NCBI GenBank assembly: GCA_030055465.1
Contig: JASFYF010000001.1
Coordinates: 894,581 to 958,580 of the forward strand
Direction of reading: 5' to 3'
DNA: 64,000 nucleotides
From: Candidatus Nezhaarchaeota archaeon
Lineage (GTDB): Archaea; Thermoproteota; Methanomethylicia; Nezhaarchaeales; WYZ-LMO8
The notes under the pieces were generated by a model. That model was not told the DNA's origin, searched no databases, and worked only from the letters and a program-made list of their open reading frames with translations. Position numbers and translations under genes: made by a program. Below are positions 48,813 to 58,387 of the stretch, in pieces (within the stretch, counting starts at the first letter, position 1; each line of letters begins with the position of its first letter).

Positions 48813-49112
48813 TCACAAGGCATCCGATTCGTGGTCTAAAGCCCTCGCTATTGCCCTTCCAAGCCCTTCAACATCCACTCCAAATAGCAGCACGCCGTTG
48901 CTATTAATGTATTCCTCTACGTTTTTGAGCGCGATGCCTAGGTTATACACGTTAACACCCTCCAATTTCTTGCAGATGGCCTCAAGCGCCTCCGGTGGCT
49001 CCAGGAAGAAGTCTCCGGTTATGATTATGCCGCTTATCCTGCTTTCCTCAAGTGAGATGACGACTTTTACGAGTTTACCATCTCTAGCCTTATACTCGCC
49101 CACTCTTATCAA
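48813..49112 (-). CDS. lplB: lipoate-protein ligase C-terminal domain protein (LplB-type)
   Basis: About 99 aa, with KLVKV.I..E...I..I.ITGDFF. Encoded right after the catalytic lplA domain gene and overlapping it. Confidence 0.65.
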   Translation of the reverse strand: MIRVGEYKARDGKLVKVVISLEESRISGIIITGDFFLEPPEALEAICKKLEGVNVYNLGIALKNVEEYINSNGVLLFGVDVEGLGRAIARALDHESDAL

Positions 49113-49929
49113 GTTCGGTGACCCCGGCTAATGCTTCCACCTTTTCTTCATGTTCCGCCCTTAAAGGGCAATAAGTGCATAATAGCGCCAGCCAATCCCT
49201 GCTCAGGTACTTTTCTCTACATAGCTTGTCAATTAAGACACACTCGACCTTCGTTAATCTGACTTCTTGAAGGTCCCGTATGCCTACGCGCGTCACCACT
49301 TCGCATAACAGGCTTTCCTCAACTTCTTTAATCGATACTTCGCGGCCAACTTCACTGCTCAGCGTTGTCACCCTTCTTCTAACGGATTCAACAGCTTTAT
49401 CCGAAAGCTTCTCTTTTGAAACGTTGAGCACTGTAGCTAACGCCTCTAGGTTTGAGTTTACAAGCAGGCAACCGTGGACTAGCACGATGTTACCTTGAAT
49501 CCCTCCGGCTAAACCAGCAACTTTCTTAGGCCCTACGAGAACATCGTTGATTGGTTTAAATGCCGCATTGAAACCCATCTTCTTTAGCGCTGCGGACACT
49601 ATGTTCCCCACGAATTCAAACAGCTCCGGAAGCCTCTTGTTATTGGACTTGAAAACTAACGTAAAATTAAGGTTCCCCTGGTCGTGGTATACCGCCCCTC
49701 CACCAGTGAATCGCCGCACCACCTTAGTTCTCATCTCCATCGCTTTATAGTAGTTTACCTCTGAGAGTGGACATTGGAATCTGCCAATGACTACCACGTT
49801 GTCGTTGCGCCAGAAGCGCACAAAGCCTTCGTAACCAGTGTTGCTGAGATTTTTAAAAAGAAACTCTTCAAGAGCCATATTTAGGTAAGGGTTGCCAGGG
49901 CTCTCGGCCCTTATAAGCCCCCACGTCAT
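49090..49929 (-). CDS. lplA: lipoate-protein ligase A, catalytic domain
   Basis: NMALEEFLF, VRRFTGGGAVYHD and KVAG motifs. Confidence 0.8.
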   Translation of the reverse strand: MTWGLIRAESPGNPYLNMALEEFLFKNLSNTGYEGFVRFWRNDNVVVIGRFQCPLSEVNYYKAMEMRTKVVRRFTGGGAVYHDQGNLNFTLVFKSNNKRLPELFEFVGNIVSAALKKMGFNAAFKPINDVLVGPKKVAGLAGGIQGNIVLVHGCLLVNSNLEALATVLNVSKEKLSDKAVESVRRRVTTLSSEVGREVSIKEVEESLLCEVVTRVGIRDLQEVRLTKVECVLIDKLCREKYLSRDWLALLCTYCPLRAEHEEKVEALAGVTELDKSGRV

Positions 49930-49949
49930 CGTTTGAAACCTTTCCCGCT

Positions 49950-50582
49950 TTACTTCGTGAAGAGCAGCTTAGCAACTTCAACTCTTAAGTTCTTCCACTT
50001 CCTTTCAAGGATTCCTTCCACGGTGTAGTCAACTTCTATTCCTGTCTCAGCCGATTTAGCTACGAGACCGGCTAGAAAGCTTCCTTCAGACACCCTTAAC
50101 TCCACGCTTCTGTTGAGCTCTCTGCCAAGCTCGGCCGATATAGCCTTCAGATCTAGGTTTAGTGCTAGGTCTCTTCTGTTAAGCCTTAATTCGATGGGAC
50201 CTCCATTGAGGACCCTTATTGCCTCTTTGATGAGGTTAACCAGCCTGTTTTTGTAATCTTCTGTTTTCACGTACTCATTAACGCGTCTTTTCGCCTCTTC
50301 AACTACTTCTTCTATTAGCCTTTCTTTATGCTCAAGAACCTTCCTGAAGGCTTCCATGCGCATCTTCGTTATTTCACTTCGCCTCTTTCTGAGAGCCCCC
50401 TCCCTCTCCTTTTTGAGAAGCTCTGAAGCCTCCCTCTCAGCTCTAGATTTGGCTTCTTCTACCGCCCCCTTTATTATGTCGTTCGCCCTTTCCTTGGCTT
50501 TAGCTATTACCCTCTGGGCTTCCTCTTCAGCGTTCTTGGCTATCACTTCAATGAGCTTATCAAGATTGCCAATTATTGCCAT
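49950..50582 (-). CDS. atpE: A-type ATP synthase subunit E
   Basis: Long N-terminal charged helix plus a globular C-terminus, about 210 aa. Adjacent to the H and I subunit genes. Confidence 0.75.
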   Translation of the reverse strand: MAIIGNLDKLIEVIAKNAEEEAQRVIAKAKERANDIIKGAVEEAKSRAEREASELLKKEREGALRKRRSEITKMRMEAFRKVLEHKERLIEEVVEEAKRRVNEYVKTEDYKNRLVNLIKEAIRVLNGGPIELRLNRRDLALNLDLKAISAELGRELNRSVELRVSEGSFLAGLVAKSAETGIEVDYTVEGILERKWKNLRVEVAKLLFTK

Positions 50583-50596
50583 TTTTGGCTCACCAC

Positions 50597-50920
50597 TTAA
50601 GGTTTAAACACTTCATCTAGTACTAACTTCACAGCGCTTTCGAAGTTCTTGAGCGCAGTCCTCTTAAGGTTTTCAAGCTCCTTCTTAAGGTCCTCTTCGA
50701 CCTTTTTAACCTCTTCTAAAGTTTCTTCCTCTATTCTTTTAACTTCATCGGCAGCGAGTTTCCTTGCACCTTCAATGACCTCTTCGTACACCTTCTTGGA
50801 CAGGTCATCAGCCTTCGCTTTGGCCTCAGCCTCCATTCTCTTCGCCTCATTATACGCGTCGTCCACAAGTTTTCTCGCTGCCCTCTCGGCCTCTAATAGG
50901 CGAGTTACCACCTCATCCAT
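50597..50920 (-). CDS. atpH: A-type ATP synthase subunit H (peripheral stalk)
   Basis: About 107-aa all-helical charged protein (MDEVVTRLLEAERAARKLVDDA..). The ATG at 50920 is preferred to the longer track ORF. Confidence 0.6.
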   Translation of the reverse strand: MDEVVTRLLEAERAARKLVDDAYNEAKRMEAEAKAKADDLSKKVYEEVIEGARKLAADEVKRIEEETLEEVKKVEEDLKKELENLKRTALKNFESAVKLVLDEVFKP

Positions 50921-51039
50921 TTTGGAGCCCCCCTCGAAACTATTAGAGAAGCTTGTCTCTCTCCTAAAGCTTAGCAAACTTTATAAATTCTTTCATTTTT
51001 AACGAGGAGTACGCATGAGCAGCGAAGGAGGTCGTTCAA

Positions 51040-53481
51040 GTGCTCACGCCGGCACCTCTATTAAAGGTTAAGGTTTATGTCAACAAGAGGCACTTAGAGA
51101 GAACCTTATTCAATATCGCTATGGAAGGTTTCATCCACTTAATTGACGCTAAAGATGAATTTAAAGAAGAGGTAGGTAAAGGTTTGCTAAGGCCTCTTGA
51201 AACCTCCACGAACCTATACAGGATCTCCACGCTTCGATCTAAGGTTGAAAACCTCATCTCCACTCTGAAGCTAGCCCTGAGGGCCTACCCCGAGTCCTTT
51301 TACAGAGAGGAGTTGCCGAAGTTTTCCTTGATAGACGCTGAAGCCTTCGCGGACTCTATTGAAAGGGCTACAGCCCCTCTTAGCGAGGCAGCTCTCGAAA
51401 AGATTAGAAACGAATATGGAGATAAACTCTGCAAGCTTGAAGCCCTATTAAGGGTTGTGGAAGCCCTTGAATCAGCCAAAGCTAAGATCGCTGAGACCTC
51501 CACGACGGCGGTCTTCGTGGGGTGGATTCCTAAGAACTCTCTACAGCGACTTTCAAAGGTCGTTGAGGAGTCCACTAACGGCCAAGGAGTCGTAAGATAC
51601 GAGGAACCGCAAATACACTTTGAAGAGCCTGTTTCTAGGGAAAGCGAAAAAGGGGAGAGAGAAGTATCAACCTTGAGATTTTACATACCCAAGAAGCACT
51701 TAGATGACGTTGTTTACGCTTTAACAGGGATTTATCATCAAGTGGTGGACTTGAGGGAATTCATGCAGGCAGAATTTAAAGAGAAAGTCAAGCCCCTTGA
51801 ACCTTCTCCAAAACTATTTAGGTTATCATCCCTCTCGTCTAGGCTCGACGTAGTGCTCTCATCATTAGGTCTATCGGTGCCTAAGGACATAAAACCTGTG
51901 AGTACCCCCCTTCGGGGTGAGGAGATAGAGGAGATGGAAGCATTCCTATCACCTATCGAAGGCGAAGTCTTCTCCATAACGTCAAAGCTTGAAGGCATAA
52001 AAAGGTCAATGGATGCCGCGTCAAAGATTGAAAGTGAAGTATCAACAATAGTCCTACCGCAGGTGCCCTCCACAGAGATGTTGCTTCGCGATGTAAAGGG
52101 CCCTATTAGAAGCGTAGTACTTCAGCTTACCGATGAAACCGCTAAGCTACACGCCTACCTTAATAAGATAAGGGCAGAGAAGGGGGATCAATTAGTCGAG
52201 TTGAAACGAAAAGTTGAAGGGGCTAGGCTTGTGGAGGAGGAGAAGCTCAAAATGCTCTCAACTGACAGCTTCATAGTGTTTCAGGTCTCAGTTTCCAAAG
52301 AGGACGTAGAAAAATTGATTTCAAGAATCAAGGACGCCACTGGGGGAAGCTTCCTCCTCAAAGAGGCGGAGTTGCCCAGAAAATTTAAGGCAAAGAAAGA
52401 AGTTGAGGAAAAGCACCGTGAAGAGGTTAAAGTGCCTACATTGATGGATAATCCGTGGTGGACCAAAGTCTATGAAAACATAGTAAGGGGCTTCGGCATC
52501 TTAAACTACAGAGAGATAGACCCGACCATTATATGGTACTTTACTTTTCCGTTGTTCTTTGGCATAATGTTCTGCGACATGGGTCATGGGCTTGTGCTCC
52601 TTATTCTATCGTCGATACTTTACCACTTTAAAAGAAAGGGCATCAAAGGTGGGGAAACAACAAACTACATAATACAAGGATCACCCATATTGTTGGCAGG
52701 TGCCATCTCCTCGACGTTCTTCGGCTTCCTATTCGGCGAGTTCTTCGGCTACATAGAGGATCCCGTATCGCTCGGGCACCTATTGAGCGGGTTCTTCGAA
52801 AGCGAGGCCGTGAAGAGCGTTAGAGCAAGTGTACTGGGTTTACTAGGCTTATCGGGTAGCTACCACTTCCACTTAATGGATCCCAACGGGGCGAGGGCCC
52901 TGCTTAAACTCTCGATATACATCGCGATATTCCACATATCTCTAGGTCTAATTATATCGATAGTCAACAAGGTGAGGCTTAAGGAATACAAGGAGGCCAT
53001 AGTTGGACCGGGTCTCTGGCTATGGCTCTACTTAAGCGGCTCAATAGCCTTCATAACCATGGGGAGGAACATATTTAACGCTGTCTTCAGTGACATGATG
53101 ATAGGCTTCGTATTTATATGGTTGCCGTTCATCGTTATGATAGTGGCACGGAGCCTCCACCTAGGAATGATAGACGGCTTCAGCGAGAGCTTGGATTCAT
53201 TCATAGCCTCCCTTTCCAACACGATATCCTATGCTAGGCTTTTCGCCTTCGCTATGATACATGGAATAATAACTAGCATATTCACCATGGTGGACAGGGG
53301 ATTAATGGATATGGTAGGCGTACCCCTCTATATAGGGGCAATCGCCGGAACACTGTTCTTCGTGTTCTTCGAAATAATATTCGTATTCTTGCAAGCGCTC
53401 AGGCTTCACTGGGTGGAACATGGACTTAAGTTCCTAGTAGCGGATGGAGTTCGATTCCAACCATTTACAATAGAGAAGTGA
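51040..53481 (+). CDS. atpI: A-type ATP synthase subunit I with a duplicated N-terminal cytosolic domain
   Basis: The C-terminal 340 aa are the membrane domain (YREIDPT.., RLHWVE). The N-terminal 470 aa contain two similar copies of the cytosolic domain. Confidence 0.8.
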   Translation: MLTPAPLLKVKVYVNKRHLERTLFNIAMEGFIHLIDAKDEFKEEVGKGLLRPLETSTNLYRISTLRSKVENLISTLKLALRAYPESFYREELPKFSLIDAEAFADSIERATAPLSEAALEKIRNEYGDKLCKLEALLRVVEALESAKAKIAETSTTAVFVGWIPKNSLQRLSKVVEESTNGQGVVRYEEPQIHFEEPVSRESEKGEREVSTLRFYIPKKHLDDVVYALTGIYHQVVDLREFMQAEFKEKVKPLEPSPKLFRLSSLSSRLDVVLSSLGLSVPKDIKPVSTPLRGEEIEEMEAFLSPIEGEVFSITSKLEGIKRSMDAASKIESEVSTIVLPQVPSTEMLLRDVKGPIRSVVLQLTDETAKLHAYLNKIRAEKGDQLVELKRKVEGARLVEEEKLKMLSTDSFIVFQVSVSKEDVEKLISRIKDATGGSFLLKEAELPRKFKAKKEVEEKHREEVKVPTLMDNPWWTKVYENIVRGFGILNYREIDPTIIWYFTFPLFFGIMFCDMGHGLVLLILSSILYHFKRKGIKGGETTNYIIQGSPILLAGAISSTFFGFLFGEFFGYIEDPVSLGHLLSGFFESEAVKSVRASVLGLLGLSGSYHFHLMDPNGARALLKLSIYIAIFHISLGLIISIVNKVRLKEYKEAIVGPGLWLWLYLSGSIAFITMGRNIFNAVFSDMMIGFVFIWLPFIVMIVARSLHLGMIDGFSESLDSFIASLSNTISYARLFAFAMIHGIITSIFTMVDRGLMDMVGVPLYIGAIAGTLFFVFFEIIFVFLQALRLHWVEHGLKFLVADGVRFQPFTIEK

Positions 53482-53612
53482 CGCCATCTTAACACATTGT
53501 TTGCTTTTTTATTTAGGCCCCCTATCCTTGCTGGGGGAATTCGTCTAAGCGCCTTGGCAACCCACCTTCAGGGGAGAGGTGGGATGCGCCCCGCGAGAAT
53601 GAGCATTGCCTC

Positions 53613-54743
53613 TTATAAGGGTAGGAAAGCGTAATTATATGCCATTTGGGCGCTTATCTCCCCTCTCGAAGCCATGAAGGCTAGTTTCAGGCTTACCTTC
53701 TCACACCACCTAATCATTAGGTAAGAGATGACGGTTTCGGCTTTCAGTGGGAGCCTTACCGCCCTTGTTAAGGCTCTATAAGAGTTGCGCGAAAAACCGC
53801 TTATGACATCGTACTCTGACGATACGGTCTCATGGAACTTCAGCAGGTCTTTCTGGCTGAGTTTCTCTATGACTTTGGGCGTGGAGTAGCGCTTTCTCTT
53901 AACTTCAGTGATGGCTATAGAATACAGATTGTTAGCTATTCCTTTAAGGGTATGAGCATAGGCCCTACCGAAGTCGAGCTTTTCAAGTTCTCTTCCACAA
54001 AGAGCCAACGAGTATGAAGCAACTACCAATACGGGTGATCGGGAGCCTAAGGCGAGCGCCTCTTCCAGCGCCTCTTGGTATAGACCTTGAACTTCATGGT
54101 CTATTATTAGATCTTTTAAGCCATGTAATAGAACTTTCCCAAAGTCCAGTTTACACGCTGTTCGCAGCGGCAAAACGACGAAAGCCTTCGAAGCAGCATC
54201 TCCTTCAACTTCATGTTTAAACGCAAAGTTCGCCGAGAGAAGCGTTAGGAAGTCGCTGAACTTATCTAGGGCTCTCATAAAATCGAGTGGTATCCTAGCA
54301 CGAACATCAATCATTATATGCGAAAAATCCATTAAACTTGAGGTTACCTCGTTTAACTTGTCGAGCTCGTAAAAATCCTCCTCAAGAAGCGACATGCTCT
54401 TTAGGATGTTTAACAGCTGAACATCTCCACGGGTGCCTGCTATCTTAAGGATATCGGATTTCCTCATAAGCTTATACCGTTCCCTCTCAACAAGTGATAC
54501 TGCACCCCTCAGCTTCTCGCTTTCAACTTCGTAGGTGGACTTCAACTCCGTTGATAGCCCCAGCCTCCAAATGTTCCAAAACATCAAGCAAAAGCCGATA
54601 ATAACTCCTACGAGTGCTCCCCCTAGGCTGCTGCCACCTAGATATGGGGCGGAATACCATCCGACAACCGCAAATATTACGGGCTCAAGCCCTACACTAA
54701 GGTATATAAGTGCCCTCTTGTAACCCTCAACGCTCATTTTCAT
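53613..54743 (-). CDS. hypothetical membrane-anchored protein (2 N-terminal TM helices plus an all-helical domain)
   Basis: Long ORF with protein-like composition. No family recognised. It lies between atpI and atpK on the opposite strand. Confidence 0.45.
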   Translation of the reverse strand: MKMSVEGYKRALIYLSVGLEPVIFAVVGWYSAPYLGGSSLGGALVGVIIGFCLMFWNIWRLGLSTELKSTYEVESEKLRGAVSLVERERYKLMRKSDILKIAGTRGDVQLLNILKSMSLLEEDFYELDKLNEVTSSLMDFSHIMIDVRARIPLDFMRALDKFSDFLTLLSANFAFKHEVEGDAASKAFVVLPLRTACKLDFGKVLLHGLKDLIIDHEVQGLYQEALEEALALGSRSPVLVVASYSLALCGRELEKLDFGRAYAHTLKGIANNLYSIAITEVKRKRYSTPKVIEKLSQKDLLKFHETVSSEYDVISGFSRNSYRALTRAVRLPLKAETVISYLMIRWCEKVSLKLAFMASRGEISAQMAYNYAFLPL

Positions 54744-54805
54744 CTTTGTTAGCGAATAGTCCTCCCCACATATAAAGCATATTTAAGTGGAAGAACTCGA
54801 CATTC

Positions 54806-55102
54806 TTGAATAGGCGAGCGTGGCGCAATTTGCCTTCGCGGCGTAGAGAATCAGTAGACGTGAGAGTCATAGTTAAAGCCTTTATAGTAGCCTCTGCCAT
54901 CGGTCTTTTAGTGCCGTTATCCGTTGTAGCTATGATTTTCTTGGCCTCTTGGATTTTTGGGGGTTGGAAGTCGCTGTTGCGGGCCCTCGGAATGATAGTA
55001 TTCGGGCTGTTTGGTCTAGGTCTAGGAACTTTCGCATTTACGAAAGTACTTCCCTTTATAACTCCAAGGGAGTTAAAAAGAAGAGAACAGCAAACCTCTT
55101 AA
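54806..55102 (+). CDS. hypothetical small membrane protein
   Basis: Arg-rich N-terminus followed by hydrophobic helices. Immediately upstream of atpK. TTG start. Confidence 0.35.
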   Translation: MNRRAWRNLPSRRRESVDVRVIVKAFIVASAIGLLVPLSVVAMIFLASWIFGGWKSLLRALGMIVFGLFGLGLGTFAFTKVLPFITPRELKRREQQTS

Positions 55103-55200
55103 GTCCTCCGCCACGTCTTGTAAAGTTTTTGTGGAAACCAATATAAGACCAGCTGCATGATAACTGTAAAGCCTGAAAAACGTAACTCGGGGGTTTAACC

Positions 55201-55542
55201 ATGAAGAAGCTAACCATGTTAAGCCTAATGTTGGTTGCATTGAGTTTAGCGGTTATCAGCGCCAGCCTCGTTGAAGCGTACAACCAGATGAACGTAGCTG
55301 CTGAGACGGGAGCCACAGAGGACGAGTCCTTTAAAGTTGGGCTAAGCAGAATAGGTTCAGGCTTAGCTATAGGTCTCGCAGGTCTGGGAGCAGGTCTAGG
55401 TTTAGGAACCGCTTCAGCGGCCGCTATAGGAGCCGTGGCTGAGAAGCCGGAAATGTTCGGTAGAACCATGATATACGTGGTTTTCACCGAGGCCATAGCC
55501 ATTTACGGCTTGGTAATAGCGTTGCTACTTTGGTTGGGCTGA
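55201..55542 (+). CDS. atpK: A-type ATP synthase subunit K (proteolipid c)
   Basis: Gly-rich helix [16 protein letters not shown] and the ion-binding Glu in [12 protein letters not shown]. There is an extra N-terminal hydrophobic segment. Confidence 0.85.
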   Translation: MKKLTMLSLMLVALSLAVISASLVEAYNQMNVAAETGATEDESFKVGLSRIGSGLAIGLAGLGAGLGLGTASAAAIGAVAEKPEMFGRTMIYVVFTEAIAIYGLVIALLLWLG

Positions 55543-55573
55543 AGACGAGCTCCATGAACTTTTATTTTTTTCT

Positions 55574-56764
55574 TTAATAGCCATGTGCTTTTGCCAGAGC
55601 CGAGTCTATGTCCTCTATCAGGTCGTCTACGTCCTCAAGACCGACCGATAACCTCACGAGCCTTTCATTTATACCGAGCCTTACCTTCTCTTCCTCCGGT
55701 AAGTCTTTATGGGAGGAAGATGCTGGATGCGAAGCCAAACTCTCGCATCCCCCTAAGCTTGGGGATGGCTTTATGAATTTCAGGCTCCTCAAAAACCTTT
55801 CAGCTGTGCTGCCGTTGCCCTTCAGCTCGAAGGTTACTACTGAGCCAAACCCATTCAAAAGCCTTTTGGCGACGTCGTATGATGGATGTGATGGTAATCC
55901 AGGATAATAAACTTTACTCACGAACTTGTGTCCTTCTAGGAATTCAGCTATAGCCCTAGCGTTTTCCTGGCTGACCTTTAATCTGGCCCCTAGAGTTTTG
56001 AGACCTCTGAGTATCAGAAAGGAAGCATGGGGGTCGAGTGTGCAGCCTAGGCGTGTCCTCACATACCATAAACCATCTATGCTCCTCGAATCGGAGACTA
56101 CGCAGCCACCAACGACATCATTGTGTCCACTCAAGTACTTTGTCAAGCTGTGAACTACAATGTTGGCACCGTGATTTAACGGTTGAAGGTTTAAAGGCGT
56201 AGCGAAGGTGTTATCGACGATTAGTATTGCTCCGGACTCCTTGCATTCAGATGATACTAGATCTAAATCTATAACCCTCAAAAACGGATTCGACATCGAC
56301 TCGACGAATACTACCAGCTTGCCGTCACCGTTACGCGCGGCGCCGTGAAGGGCATCTATTATGTCTTCAACGTCTGGGCCGCGCAATTCAACTTTTACGC
56401 CGAACTTCTCGAAGCTTTTTGCCAAAAGCATCGTGGACCCGTAAACATCTCTTGACAATATGAGTTTCGACCCGTCCTCCAGCAGGTGGAAGAGGCAGGC
56501 GGCTATAGCGGCCATGCCCGACGAGAAAACGAGAGCGTCTTCACCCATTTCTAGGGTGGCGAGCCTCTTTTCTAGCACGAGGTTTGTCGGGTTATCTTCC
56601 CGTGAATATTTTAATGGTCTCCCCCTGAACTTCTTCTCCCCGTTTCCTGGATATGGAAAAACCGCGCTCTGGTATATTGGAGTTATAAAAGTCACTGGTC
56701 CTTCTATCAGGTCCTCTCCACCATGGATGCTGGACGTATTCATTTTGGGCATAGCAGTTGACAC
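55574..56764 (-). CDS. Cys/Met-metabolism PLP-dependent enzyme (cystathionine gamma-synthase/O-acetylhomoserine sulfhydrylase family)
   Basis: HSLTKYLSGHNDVVGG, the PLP lysine motif, and the family-typical length. Confidence 0.8.
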   Translation of the reverse strand: MSTAMPKMNTSSIHGGEDLIEGPVTFITPIYQSAVFPYPGNGEKKFRGRPLKYSREDNPTNLVLEKRLATLEMGEDALVFSSGMAAIAACLFHLLEDGSKLILSRDVYGSTMLLAKSFEKFGVKVELRGPDVEDIIDALHGAARNGDGKLVVFVESMSNPFLRVIDLDLVSSECKESGAILIVDNTFATPLNLQPLNHGANIVVHSLTKYLSGHNDVVGGCVVSDSRSIDGLWYVRTRLGCTLDPHASFLILRGLKTLGARLKVSQENARAIAEFLEGHKFVSKVYYPGLPSHPSYDVAKRLLNGFGSVVTFELKGNGSTAERFLRSLKFIKPSPSLGGCESLASHPASSSHKDLPEEEKVRLGINERLVRLSVGLEDVDDLIEDIDSALAKAHGY

Positions 56765-57038
56765 TTAGAGTAATTTTACTTTAACTTTATTATTACTGAT
56801 AGTAATAGAAATCGCCTTGGTAGGGCAAGGCTTCTCTGAAGTCGAAGATGATCAACAACCTTCTGTGGCCCTCAACCTATTGCGGGCCCTCCTTGAGGGC
56901 ATTGAGGGCTGTACTTGCCCTTCTTTCAGCCTTTCCGAGGGGCCCTTAAAAGTTTTTCTTAATAGAAGCTAAATATTATAATCCTCTAAAAATATCACAG
57001 TATCGCGCGGCCTAACCTTTACGGGTGGTCCGGACACG

Positions 57039-58346
57039 ATGGTCAAGGATACGCGTTTAAACTTCTCAAACAGCTGGAAACCCGAAAACCTGTGGGTGAT
57101 ATTCCCCGTTGGCGGCGAAGCAAAAAGGCTTAAACCCCTAACAGCTGAGGTTTCCAAGGCATGTGTTCGCTTTGCGAATAGACCCTTAATAGAATTTTCT
57201 CTATTGCATTTAGCCAGGCAAGGCATAAGGAACTTCGTGTTTGGCGTTAAGGGTTATTTGAACTACAAGAGCCTACATGATTACTTCAAGGAAGGTATAG
57301 ACATATCTACAAGATATGGGCTGCATCCTAGAGTGCACATAAAGTACCAGCCCAACGTTGATGATGTGGGCAGCGCTGACAGCGTTAGAATAAACTCGGA
57401 GTACTATAACATTTCGACGCCAATATTCGTCGTTCAAGGGGATAGCATCTTTACAATTGACGTAAAAGACCTTATAAGCTACCACCTGAAGAAGAGGGCG
57501 TTTATGACGATAGTGTTGGCCCAAGTTGATAACGTGGAGGGCTTCGGCATAGCCAAAATGATGCATGATGGAAGGATCGAAGCTTTTGTTGAGAAGCCTA
57601 AAAGAGATCAAGCCCCCTCCAACCTTGCGAACACCGGCATATACCTTTGCAACCCGGAGATAAGGGACGTGTTCAAGGAACCTGAAGTTTTACGCATGGT
57701 GGAGAAGGGAAGGCTCGACTTTGGATATGACTTAATACCATACATAATAAAAAGCGGGCACCCAGTCTACGGCTACATTATGAAGGGTCGATGGCATGAC
57801 GTGGGGACACCTTCAAGATACTTAGCAGCCCTTTTAGACGTACTCAATGGTAGGGTTGAAGGCCTAGAGGACTTTGAAGGTAGGCTCAGCAACGATAGGA
57901 ACCTATGGATTCAAGGTCTAAGTCCGGAGTCTGCGCAGAGAAGAGAGGATATCCTTGGAAAATATCGTAGAAACTCTATAAGGCTTGAAGGGGGGGTCTT
58001 GATAGGTAGGCATTGTACCATAGGAGATAACGTTACTATCGTGAATTCATGCATAGACAACTACACTATAATTGAAGACGACGTGTACATTGAAAACTCC
58101 GCAATAATGGACAGGGTGAAAATAGGGCAGGGAGCGGTAATCAAGAACAGCATAATTGGTAGGCACGTTACGGTAAAGTCGTCGCACACTAACGTTACGA
58201 AGATCTTATCGACGTCGGTTGTATCTGATGAGGTCGTAGTGGAGGAGGGCTGCATACTGATAGGCACTCGCGTTTATCCTCATATAAGGTCTAAGCCCGG
58301 AAAGCACTATGTGCACACCACCCTTTACACGCAGGACGACGCTTAA
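57039..58346 (+). CDS. sugar-phosphate nucleotidyltransferase with a C-terminal left-handed beta-helix
   Basis: FPVGGEAKRLKPLT N-terminal signature and hexapeptide repeats in the last 120 aa. Confidence 0.7.
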   Translation: MVKDTRLNFSNSWKPENLWVIFPVGGEAKRLKPLTAEVSKACVRFANRPLIEFSLLHLARQGIRNFVFGVKGYLNYKSLHDYFKEGIDISTRYGLHPRVHIKYQPNVDDVGSADSVRINSEYYNISTPIFVVQGDSIFTIDVKDLISYHLKKRAFMTIVLAQVDNVEGFGIAKMMHDGRIEAFVEKPKRDQAPSNLANTGIYLCNPEIRDVFKEPEVLRMVEKGRLDFGYDLIPYIIKSGHPVYGYIMKGRWHDVGTPSRYLAALLDVLNGRVEGLEDFEGRLSNDRNLWIQGLSPESAQRREDILGKYRRNSIRLEGGVLIGRHCTIGDNVTIVNSCIDNYTIIEDDVYIENSAIMDRVKIGQGAVIKNSIIGRHVTVKSSHTNVTKILSTSVVSDEVVVEEGCILIGTRVYPHIRSKPGKHYVHTTLYTQDDA

Positions 58347-58387
58347 GGCTCGCTGGCGCATGGAGATTTCGGTAGTGGCCCTTGAGT

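Noticed and set aside
53613-54743. The possibility that the 376-aa all-helical protein between atpI and atpK is a divergent ATPase subunit C (d).
   Set aside because: It has two N-terminal transmembrane helices and lies on the opposite strand, and I could not align any AtpC motif by eye. It is kept as hypothetical.
56791-56807. A 17-nt AT-rich palindrome, TATTACT-GAT-AGTAATA, upstream of the PLP-enzyme gene, and a nearby GCCCTCAA/TTGAGGGC hairpin (about 56866-56900).
   Set aside because: The palindrome lies where the TATA and BRE of the minus-strand gene are expected, and it is low-complexity AT sequence. The hairpin has no supporting context. There is not enough evidence to call either an operator or an ncRNA.
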